DNA of 46,564 bases from a virus (taxonomy: Duplodnaviria; Caudoviricetes). Both the position numbers and the translations under genes were made by a program. Positions 17,448 through 24,378 of the stretch are shown here, piece after piece (the stretch's first letter is position 1; each line of letters opens with the position of its first letter). Where the stretch lies: positions 1-46,564 of the IMG/VR virus record IMGVR_UViG_3300037873_000025; one strand, given 5' to 3'. The notes under the pieces are model-generated. The model had not been told where the DNA came from, did no database searches, and saw only the letters and a program-made list of their open reading frames with translations.

Positions 17448-17951
17448 ATGACAGAAGTGGCACAACGCGAGACCGGGCGGGTGATCCCCCGGGACACCTT
17501 TCGCGCCCGGCTCATGCTGGTCCGGCTGCATGCCGGTGACCTGACCATCCGGGAGGCGGCGGCCAAGTGCGGCCTTAACTACGGGTCGTGGGCGAACTGG
17601 GAGAAGGGGGTCAAGCCGCGCGACAGGGTGGAGACCGCCGAGGCGATCAGCGATGCCCTCGGAGTTGACCGCGACTGGCTGCTGTTCGGTGGCCCGCTCG
17701 CACCCGAGGACCGCCGCCCCGGCCGAGTGGTCAGCCGACCCGGCCGCAGGTTACCGGCAAGCTATCCCATCGCCGCCGGGCAGGCCACCCCCGACCAGCC
17801 GAACGGCCACCACATTCGCCCGACCGGGCGGGCCGCCGGCTCCCCCAGAAGCATGACCCGCGTACCCGCGCAAACCGGCGCCGGCATCAGCCGCCCGGCC
17901 CGACTCTCCCACCCGCCAGCCCCGGCACCACACGCCGCCACCACCCGATAA
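17448..17951 (+). CDS. Immunity repressor (XRE HTH) with long low-complexity C-tail; alternative leaderless start GTG 17442
   Basis: LTIREAAAKCGLNYGSWANWEKG...ISDALGVDRDWLLFG; lies between cro and the integrase. Confidence 0.82.
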   Translation: MTEVAQRETGRVIPRDTFRARLMLVRLHAGDLTIREAAAKCGLNYGSWANWEKGVKPRDRVETAEAISDALGVDRDWLLFGGPLAPEDRRPGRVVSRPGRRLPASYPIAAGQATPDQPNGHHIRPTGRAAGSPRSMTRVPAQTGAGISRPARLSHPPAPAPHAATTR

Positions 17952-17957
17952 CCGGAC

Positions 17958-18758
17958 ATGACCCCCGACCTTGACATCATCGAGGACTACCTCGCCCACC
18001 TCGCCACCATCGGCCGCAGCCCGAAGACCATCCGCACCTACGGGACCGCGTTGCGCGCCGCCCACCGGGAGCTACCCGCCGGGGTGCCCACCGCCACCGC
18101 CGCCGAGATCACCGCCTGGCTCAGCCAGTACGCCAGCGCGGCCACCCGCCGCACCTACCGCGCCGCGTTGACCGGCTGCATCTCCTGGGCGGTCGCCGTC
18201 GGGCATATCAGCCGGGACGAGGGGGCGCTGGTCCCCCGCCCCCGGGTCCGCCCAGGCCTGCCCAACCCGTGCTCGGACGCCGAGCTCGCGGCGATCCTCG
18301 CCCGGGCGGCCGAGCCCTACCGCACGTGGTCCGTCGTGGCCGCGTACGCCGGTGCGCGGTGTATCGAGATCACCCGGCTCCGGCGTGAGCACGTGGACCC
18401 CGACCGGGTGACGCTACACGGGAAGGGCGACAAGACGCGGCGGGTGCCCACCCACCCGCTGGTCTGGGCGGCGGTCGAGGGCCTGCCGGCCGGTCCGGTG
18501 GCGCCGGGGCGGGACCCGTGGCGTGACCACGTCTCGGCCGAGCTCCGCCGCACCTACCTTGCCCTGGGGGTGGACGTGACCGCCCACCAGCTCCGGCACT
18601 GGTACGGCACCGCGCTGGTGGCCTCGGGTGCCGGGCTGGAGGAGGTGCGGGAGCTGATGGGCCACGCGTCGATCTCAACCACGCTCGGCTATGTCAGGGT
18701 CGCGTCGCCCCGGCTGGCGGCCGCGGTCGGCCGGCTACCGGCGCTGACCAGCATCTGA
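17958..18758 (+). CDS. int: Tyrosine integrase/recombinase, short (266 aa, no arm-binding domain)
   Basis: GAR-x2-E, HGKGDK, HQLRH, LMGH and TTLGY catalytic residues (R-K-H-R-H-Y). Confidence 0.93.
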   Translation: MTPDLDIIEDYLAHLATIGRSPKTIRTYGTALRAAHRELPAGVPTATAAEITAWLSQYASAATRRTYRAALTGCISWAVAVGHISRDEGALVPRPRVRPGLPNPCSDAELAAILARAAEPYRTWSVVAAYAGARCIEITRLRREHVDPDRVTLHGKGDKTRRVPTHPLVWAAVEGLPAGPVAPGRDPWRDHVSAELRRTYLALGVDVTAHQLRHWYGTALVASGAGLEEVRELMGHASISTTLGYVRVASPRLAAAVGRLPALTSI

Positions 18759-18840
18759 GCACGGGGGCCCGACAATCGGACATAGCGGGACACGCGGGGG
18801 TGTTTTCGCAGGTCAGCTACCAGGCCCGACCACACCTAGC

Positions 18841-19104
18841 TCAGCTCAGCCGCCGGGGCCGGCCCCGCCGGTCCCGGCCCGGCGGATCACTGACCACCAC
18901 CACCGCCAACGCCACCGCCGGCAGATGACGCGGCCGGGCCACCACCACCACATCCGCCGCACCAGCCAACACCAGCCGCCGGGCCGTATCCGCGTCCCCG
19001 GTCACCGCGGCCACCTGCCAGCCGCGCACCCGGCACAGCCCCGCGCACTCCTGCTGCCAGCGGGTCTGGTCGACGCCGGCGGGGGCGTAGATGACGGCAC
19101 GCAC
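18841..19104 (-). CDS. Truncated serine-resolvase-like protein lacking the catalytic R-x-S
   Basis: MRAVIYA...Q-EC...C-x-RGWQV...GAADVVVVARPRHL; possible leaderless promoter TTGACC-N17-GAGGCT. Confidence 0.6.
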   Translation of the reverse strand: MRAVIYAPAGVDQTRWQQECAGLCRVRGWQVAAVTGDADTARRLVLAGAADVVVVARPRHLPAVALAVVVVSDPPGRDRRGRPRRLS

Positions 19105-19272
19105 CGGGGAGCCTCCGCACTCCCGCCGTCCGGGTCAACGAGGTGAGACCGGTTCGCGTCGCTGTGATACCTCTCACCCGGTCGGGGTGGGCCGCTCGGC
19201 CGGTGGTGGCGGCCAGCAGCCGGGGGTTACCGTCGCGCGGGGGGGCTGCGAGGGGTGCGGGGTGGGCGCCGG

Positions 19273-19692
19273 TCACCCGGGGGCCGGCTTCCACTCCTCC
19301 TGGTAGTCCGGGTGGTCGGCGTGGACCAGCGCGAGCAGGCGCAGCGTCGGGCAGGGGAATCGCTGATGCAACCGCTCGCCCTGGTCCCAACACGTGGGGC
19401 AGCGCCGGCCGGGCGTGCTAGTCGGCCAGTCGTCGAATGGGCTGGTCGGCTCCCAGTGCTCGTCCATGATCCGCCGCTCGGCAGCCACCCGGCGCAACAC
19501 CCGGTCCGGGTCATGCCGGGCCATGTGGTCCAGATCCCGCAGCCATCCGACCGCGACGTTGACTCCGGTCGGTGCACTGAACACCCGAGTTTCGCGCGGC
19601 TCGCCTTGCAGCTCCCACGGCCCGGGCACCGCCCGCCGTGCCGCACCCTCGTCCTCGGCCAGCCGGGCGAGCAGAAACTCCACCAGCGTCAT
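19273..19692 (-). CDS. DUF6221-like actinobacterial phage protein
   Basis: LVEFLLARLAEDE...ARHDPDRVLR-V-A-RRI...PCPTLRLLAL-HADHPDYQEEW. Confidence 0.78.
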   Translation of the reverse strand: MTLVEFLLARLAEDEGAARRAVPGPWELQGEPRETRVFSAPTGVNVAVGWLRDLDHMARHDPDRVLRRVAAERRIMDEHWEPTSPFDDWPTSTPGRRCPTCWDQGERLHQRFPCPTLRLLALVHADHPDYQEEWKPAPG

Positions 19693-19910
19693 CACCGGTC
19701 GGCCCTCAGCTTCGGCCGGCTCGGTACGCGGACCATGGGGACTCCCAGCTTGCCGCACTTCCGCACCGCCCCAGCCAGCGTCCACGTGTACCCCTCCGCG
19801 ATCAACAGATCAGCCGAGCGCGGCAAGCTGGCCCAGATGATCCAGCGGTACCGCCAGCATCTACCCCAGTAGCGGGGGCAGACCGTCGCCCGCAAGACCC
19901 ACCCGCTCAC
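19692..19910 (-). CDS. Hypothetical protein (72 aa)
   Basis: GAGGAG RBS, GTGA coupling. Confidence 0.55.
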   Translation of the reverse strand: MSGWVLRATVCPRYWGRCWRYRWIIWASLPRSADLLIAEGYTWTLAGAVRKCGKLGVPMVRVPSRPKLRADR

Positions 19911-20116
19911 CGCGGCGTCTCCTCTTCCTGGCAAGGCTCCGGATGGGCATCGTCGTAAAGGAACGCGACGCTGGCGCCCATCACGAACACGGCGAAGACC
20001 AGCACGATACCGAGCGCGAACTGGACGGCACTCCGCAACCCGGTCCGGCCGACGCTCAGCCGGGAGCCAAGCCCCAGGCCCGTGAGCAGCAACAAAGCGA
20101 TGATCAGCCAGTCCAT
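19907..20116 (-). CDS. Small 2-TM membrane protein
   Basis: GGAGG RBS; two hydrophobic helices. Confidence 0.7.
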   Translation of the reverse strand: MDWLIIALLLLTGLGLGSRLSVGRTGLRSAVQFALGIVLVFAVFVMGASVAFLYDDAHPEPCQEEETPR

Positions 20117-20331
20117 CAGCTACCCTCCCGCCGTCCGGTGCCGACCCGCAGCACCGTGGCCCGGCCCGAGTCCAGCGCGTGCTGCACACGCTCGTCGTTG
20201 ACACGCCGGGCGAGGCTGCCGGTGCTACGCCACGGCGCGTCCGACCCGGGGTGGACCATCATCCAGGCGATGGTGGCGGTGGCCACCACACTGCCCTCGG
20301 GCAGGTCGGCGGCGGTTGCTGTGTCACTCAT
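20116..20331 (-). CDS. Hypothetical protein (71 aa)
   Basis: GGAGG RBS, ATGA coupling. Confidence 0.65.
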   Translation of the reverse strand: MSDTATAADLPEGSVVATATIAWMMVHPGSDAPWRSTGSLARRVNDERVQHALDSGRATVLRVGTGRREGS

Positions 20332-20525
20332 GCTTCCTCCAGCCGATGTTTACCGATGTAGCGCCGCAGCCCACGATCCAGGATTGGCGTCACCACCTCG
20401 GTCATCGTCTCCTTGCGCGCCTTCGCGATCTTCTCGGCCTCGTCCCACAGCGCGCCATACCGGATGTTCCGCTTCGGCGTGATGCCGGTGCGCGGCCGAC
20501 CGCGGGGTCGCTTCTCCGCCTCCAT
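20328..20525 (-). CDS. Ribbon-helix-helix DNA-binding protein (65 aa, leaderless)
   Basis: RPRGRPRTGITPKRNIR...LWDEAEKIA...TMTEVV...GLRRYI; -10 TACAGT 6 nt upstream of the ATG. Confidence 0.78.
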   Translation of the reverse strand: MEAEKRPRGRPRTGITPKRNIRYGALWDEAEKIAKARKETMTEVVTPILDRGLRRYIGKHRLEEA

Positions 20526-20530
20526 ACCTG

Positions 20531-20626
20531 AACTGTACCACGGCATAGCTGACTTTGTGTACCACGGTTTTCTGACCGAAAGGTTGAGCTCTGGGCCTTG
20601 CACCCAGTCTTTCCTGTGGTACAGTT
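20531..20626. promoter_or_regulatory. Divergent promoters with three TGTACCAC operator boxes
   Basis: TGTACCACGG at 20534 and 20558, inverted CTGTGGTACA at 20614. Rightward TTGCAC(20598)-N16-TACAGT(20620). Both -10 hexamers overlap a box. Confidence 0.72.
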
Positions 20627-20661
20627 ATCTCATAAGCAAGGGAACACCAAAACTCCAAAGA

Positions 20662-21055
20662 GGTCCCAGGCCAAACGAGAAAAGCGGCCACCGCGGTTAG
20701 AACCGCCAGGGACAACGAAGCGACCTGATGCTTCGAGGGGAGCCGACCGGACCAGTTGCGACGATCACTGACCGCCCAAGCGGTCGGGCTCTCGACCGGC
20801 ACCCGCAGCCACGGCTCGGGAACGCCCCAGAGAGGCTTCCCCGGCGGCTCCCCCCGTGGCATCAGGTACCTACACCCACATGGCCGGCCCGCCGTCCCGT
20901 GAACCGGTGGTGGCTGCCCCTCCAGGCTCAGGCGGGTGGGGCGTATGCCGAAGCCACCGGCGAGGAGAGCCCTCCGACGGGCCGGCCATGTGGGTGTAGG
21001 TCCACACACCAGCAGCCGAACGGACCGTTGACCAGCCCGGGGGCACCCTGGGACC
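20662..21055 (+). ncRNA. Putative large structured non-coding RNA or leader (family unknown)
   Basis: Closing stem GGTCCCAGG/CCTGGGACC. Arm A (20723-20867) has two perfect 9-bp helices. Arm B (20868-21001) has a perfect 24-bp helix. There are nested hairpins, a promoter upstream and no credible ORF. Confidence 0.68.
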
Positions 21056-21098
21056 GCCGAGTCGGCCACACTGGCAGACACCACCGAAGGAGACCACC

Positions 21099-21464
21099 AT
21101 GAGCGAGACCACCACCACCGCGCTGGCCCTGGCCGACGCTTTCGACCGGCACTACATCGCCGGCACGAGCCCCGCCCTGCCGGCCGCCATGGCCGAGCTC
21201 GGGCTGAACGACACCACCGTGGCGGCCGAGCTGCTGACCTGTGGCGCCTCGTTGCGGTACGCCCGGGACTACGGCCTGGACGAGCTGGCGCAGCTGGCGC
21301 TGGCGATCAGCCTGGACACGGTCCGGGCCGACCGGCCGGCCGCCTACGCCCAGATCACCACGGTGCATGTGGACGAGTGGGCGCCGGAGGTTGCCGCCGG
21401 CGGGGAGACGACGGTGGCCGCGCTGACGGAGATGTTGCACCACGTCACCCGCGACACCGCCTGA
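21099..21464 (+). CDS. Acidic helical hypothetical protein (121 aa)
   Basis: Strong GAAGGAG RBS; high-GC3 codon usage; followed by a terminator. Confidence 0.8.
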   Translation: MSETTTTALALADAFDRHYIAGTSPALPAAMAELGLNDTTVAAELLTCGASLRYARDYGLDELAQLALAISLDTVRADRPAAYAQITTVHVDEWAPEVAAGGETTVAALTEMLHHVTRDTA

Positions 21465-21514
21465 CGCTGCCCGGTCCTCACCCGCTCCGGCGGGCGGCCC
21501 CCCGGGCACGACGA

Positions 21515-21550
21515 AGGAGCCCTCCCGGGCTGTCACCCGGGAGGGCTCCT
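21515..21550. terminator. Bidirectional intrinsic terminator hairpin
   Basis: AGGAGCCCTCCCGGG-N6-CCCGGGAGGGCTCCT, a 15-bp perfect stem between convergent genes. Confidence 0.85.
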
Positions 21551-21567
21551 CTGTTCGGCTCGACCGG

Positions 21568-21783
21568 TCAGGGGCGGAAGTCGCCCTTGCCGGCGTTCGG
21601 CGGGCGCGGGTCCTCACTGTTGTTCCCGTGGCCCCCGGCGTTGACGCACATCCAGCCGCCCTCGGACGGGTTGACCGCGGCCTCCTGGCCGGGTGGGCAT
21701 TCGATCGGGTCGGCCTGTGCCGGGCTGGCCGCGGCGCCGACGCCGGCGGCGACCAGCGCCACCAGGATGATCAACTTACGCAT
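21568..21783 (-). CDS. Small secreted peptide (Sec signal plus 47-aa mature part with 2 Cys)
   Basis: GAGGAG RBS; MRK-hydrophobic core-PAQA/DP signal peptidase I site. Confidence 0.8.
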   Translation of the reverse strand: MRKLIILVALVAAGVGAAASPAQADPIECPPGQEAAVNPSEGGWMCVNAGGHGNNSEDPRPPNAGKGDFRP

Positions 21784-21808
21784 TGCGTTCTCCTCTGCTC
21801 AGCTCCCA

Positions 21809-22042
21809 TTATCTCGCGGCCCGCCGACGCTTGCGCCGGTACGCCAGCCAGAAGTGAATTGGAACCCACAGGACGAGAGCGCCGATGGCAGCGAAGGTGA
21901 CCTCCATCGGGACCGCGCTCACGATCTCGGTCGTCCATGGCCGAGTCGCCGGGCTGCTGTCGCAGGCAGCGAACAGCTCCATGCCGATCACCAGCCCGGT
22001 CAGGCCTAGAAACGCGATCCGCCAGCGGGTGGCCGGGCTCAC
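21809..22042 (-). CDS. Small 2-TM membrane protein (77 aa)
   Basis: GTGA coupling; two hydrophobic helices and a basic C-tail. Confidence 0.65.
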   Translation of the reverse strand: MSPATRWRIAFLGLTGLVIGMELFAACDSSPATRPWTTEIVSAVPMEVTFAAIGALVLWVPIHFWLAYRRKRRRAAR

Positions 22043-22335
22043 CGTGGCGCCCACGGAAACTCACCGGCCGCGTGCCGGACGCAGAGCGGATCCCGGTAGA
22101 ACTGGCCGGCGTCGTTGGCGCCGCACGCGCAGACCGGCCCGCAGTGGACCAGACTCTCGTGCACCGGCACCCCGGAGGCGGCGAGGGCCATCCGCCACGC
22201 CCGGATCATCGGCAGCACCTCGGTCTGCACCACCTCGTGCGGGGACTTCGACCGGGCATGGTCTCCCAGCCCCAACTCACGCAGGATGGCGGCAAGGTCG
22301 TCGTGCACCAGGTCCTGCTCGGCCAGCCCGCTCAC
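22039..22335 (-). CDS. Hypothetical protein (98 aa)
   Basis: GGAGG RBS, GTGA coupling. Confidence 0.6.
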   Translation of the reverse strand: MSGLAEQDLVHDDLAAILRELGLGDHARSKSPHEVVQTEVLPMIRAWRMALAASGVPVHESLVHCGPVCACGANDAGQFYRDPLCVRHAAGEFPWAPR

Positions 22336-22583
22336 CGTGGCGCCTCCCGCTCCTGCCTGGCCGCCCGGTCCGCCATGCCCCGGAGCTCGGCCGCGGTGAG
22401 CGTCGGCAGCGGCGCCGGCTGGGGTGTCCAGAACACCGCCTGGTAGGCGCCGATCGCCAGCCCGGCGGCGATCACCCACTCCAGCGCGGTGATCTGCCCG
22501 TCGACCAGCGCCGTGGCCACCGATGCGAGCCCGGCACCCGCACCGGCCGCGATCGCCTTGACCTGTTCCCTGACCGGTGTCAT
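22332..22583 (-). CDS. Holin-like membrane protein
   Basis: KAIAAG...ALVDGQITALEWVIAA, 2 TM; downstream of the endolysin. Confidence 0.65.
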   Translation of the reverse strand: MTPVREQVKAIAAGAGAGLASVATALVDGQITALEWVIAAGLAIGAYQAVFWTPQPAPLPTLTAAELRGMADRAARQEREAPR

Positions 22584-22783
22584 GTCCGTTCACCTCTCGT
22601 GTTCCAGCGCCGCAATGCGCGACCGACCGCAGTCACTAGACCAGCCAGCCACGGTGGCGGCTCGCTGCCGCGGACGGTCTCCGGCTCTATCCAGTCGTGA
22701 TCGCGTTCCAGCTCTTCAACCCTGGGAAGACGCGGAACACGCCTGGTCCTCGCAACGATATGGATTTCCCGGCCGGGTCCCAT
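22580..22783 (-). CDS. Hypothetical protein (67 aa)
   Basis: AAGGAG RBS; coupled to the holin-like gene. Confidence 0.5.
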   Translation of the reverse strand: MGPGREIHIVARTRRVPRLPRVEELERDHDWIEPETVRGSEPPPWLAGLVTAVGRALRRWNTRGERT

Positions 22784-22800
22784 CAGTCAACTCCTTCCGC

Positions 22801-23157
22801 TCAGCCGCATCGTAGGCTCGGCGGCTCCGGCACCGGGTTGGCCACCAGGGCGTCCCGGTACGCGTCGCTCGCGGCCAGGTAGGCGGCCAGCGCCATCGCG
22901 AACTGCTCCTCGTCCTGGCTGGCGACCGCCCGCACCAGCCGGTCCAGCGCGTCCGTGCGGTCCCCGGCCAACCCGCCCAGCAGGGTGGTGCGCTCCACGC
23001 TGGCGTCCCCCCACGCCTGCGTGCATTCGATGATCCGCTCCTGCTCCCGGGCGATGCCTTGGACCCGCAGGAACCCGGGTACGGTGACCACCGCGACCAT
23101 GATCAGCATGACCACGAACGGGCGGCCGCTGAGCCATCGGACAATCCGGCGGATCAC
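22801..23157 (-). CDS. Lysis-cassette membrane protein (1 TM plus helical ectodomain with 2 Cys)
   Basis: N-terminal TM, ECTQAW...NPVPEPPSLRCG. Confidence 0.68.
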   Translation of the reverse strand: MIRRIVRWLSGRPFVVMLIMVAVVTVPGFLRVQGIAREQERIIECTQAWGDASVERTTLLGGLAGDRTDALDRLVRAVASQDEEQFAMALAAYLAASDAYRDALVANPVPEPPSLRCG

Positions 23158-23161
23158 GGCG

Positions 23162-23248
23162 TCAGCCCGCCAGCCACAGCATGAACGACACCACAACCGC
23201 CATGCCCAGGTAGATGGCCGTGATCGGGTACCTCTTAGTCACCGCCAT
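23162..23248 (-). CDS. 26-28-aa single-TM peptide (not in ORF track)
   Basis: (MA)VTKRYPITAIYLGMAVVVSFMLWLAG; fills the gap between two lysis-region genes. Confidence 0.5.
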   Translation of the reverse strand: MAVTKRYPITAIYLGMAVVVSFMLWLAG

Positions 23249-23456
23249 TGCGCCGCCTCCTCGCCTCATCCACGCGCATCACTACGGGGCTCAGCAGAAG
23301 GGCGCCGAGGAAGCTCAGCACCGCGGCGCGTGCGCCGCCGAGTGTGACCTCCCACATGGCCAGCGCCAGCGCCACGCTCACCACGGCAGTGTCCCGGACC
23401 GGCCGGCTCACCCATCGGCCCTGGTCCTGGCGTGACCCGTCGACATCTGGGCTCAT
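23235..23456 (-). CDS. Holin-like 2-TM protein (73 aa)
   Basis: ATGA-coupled to the endolysin stop; two hydrophobic segments and a basic C-terminus. Confidence 0.65.
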   Translation of the reverse strand: MSPDVDGSRQDQGRWVSRPVRDTAVVSVALALAMWEVTLGGARAAVLSFLGALLLSPVVMRVDEARRRRNGGD

Positions 23457-24367
23457 CCCTCGTCCAGCGAGCCCAGCACAGCCCGCAGCGCGGCCTCGAT
23501 CCGCTCGGCCGGAACGTCCGCGAGCTCCCCGGCCAGCGCCGGGCCGAGCGCCGCGAACTCCGCCCGCACCGCCGCCGCAGCAGCCGCGGCCACGTCCTCG
23601 CCGGCCAGCTTGGCAAGGATCGCCGCCTGCCCGGCCAGCACCTGACCGGCGGTGGCGTGGGACCAAACGTCCGCGGCGAACCGGCCCCGGCTGATCGGGG
23701 CGGCGGTCATCGCCGCATAGGCGAGCAGGCGGTCCCGGCTGCCCTGCCATCCCTCCGGCAGGGTGTCCCCGGCGAGCCCACCAATCGGCGGGGTTTCCCC
23801 GAGCACCTCCCGGATCGCAGCCTGCAGCTCCTCTCTGGTCACGTCGTCTCCCTCCAGTAGTAGCCCGATCAGATGGTCCATCGGGAAGTTCGGACCCGGG
23901 TCGGTGTGGTCGGTCCCACCCCACGCCAGGCGCATTTCGTTGTGGGTGATGATCCCGGTCAGGGACCCGGCCTGGATCTGAGCCACGGACAGGTCCCGCG
24001 GGACGATGTTGTGCGCGGCGCAGTCGGCGCGGATCTGTGCGACCAGCAGCGGCCAGGCGACCGCCCCCAGCCACTGTGACCGGGACCAGGCAGCGCGGCC
24101 GGTCAGCTCGTAGGCGATCGCCCTGTCGTTGCCGGGGCGGCTGCCGGCGTGGAAGGCGCGCAGGTCGGTGTCCAGGCTCTGCACGATCGAGTTCTGGTCG
24201 ATGTAGTAGTGCGAGCTGGTCGAGTCGGCGCGCCGCTTGGCGTAGTCGGCCTCGGCCTCGGCCGAGGCACTGTTCTCGGTGGAGTGGATGGCGATGTACA
24301 CCTTGCTGGTGCGGGTGTTGCCGTACCAGCGTGGTGGCCCGTCGTAGATGGCCCGGTAGATCGGCAC
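23453..24367 (-). CDS. Endolysin, N-acetylmuramoyl-L-alanine amidase (Amidase_2)
   Basis: IAIHSTE, SSHYYID, AFHAG, N-x2-AIAYE, THNE and HTDPG Zn-amidase motifs. Confidence 0.92.
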   Translation of the reverse strand: MPIYRAIYDGPPRWYGNTRTSKVYIAIHSTENSASAEAEADYAKRRADSTSSHYYIDQNSIVQSLDTDLRAFHAGSRPGNDRAIAYELTGRAAWSRSQWLGAVAWPLLVAQIRADCAAHNIVPRDLSVAQIQAGSLTGIITHNEMRLAWGGTDHTDPGPNFPMDHLIGLLLEGDDVTREELQAAIREVLGETPPIGGLAGDTLPEGWQGSRDRLLAYAAMTAAPISRGRFAADVWSHATAGQVLAGQAAILAKLAGEDVAAAAAAAVRAEFAALGPALAGELADVPAERIEAALRAVLGSLDEG

Positions 24368-24378
24368 CAGCTCACCCC

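Noticed and set aside
18887-19393. 168-aa minus-strand ORF across the DUF6221-resolvase gap
   Set aside because: Low-complexity, overlaps two better-supported genes and has no RBS.
20692-20706. tRNA/tmRNA T-arm (GCGG-TTAGAA-CCGC)
   Set aside because: No cloverleaf, D-arm, anticodon arm, CCA end or tag ORF around it.
20662-21055. Retron msr-msd or DGR template repeat
   Set aside because: No reverse transcriptase motif (YxDD) gene was seen in the genome, and no TR/VR pair was found.
20728-21102. 124-aa plus-strand ORF, and minus-strand ORFs, over the structured region
   Set aside because: No RBS and P/R/G-biased composition. Mirrored peptide repeats (PTPTWPARR, GRPCGCR) simply reflect the inverted repeat.
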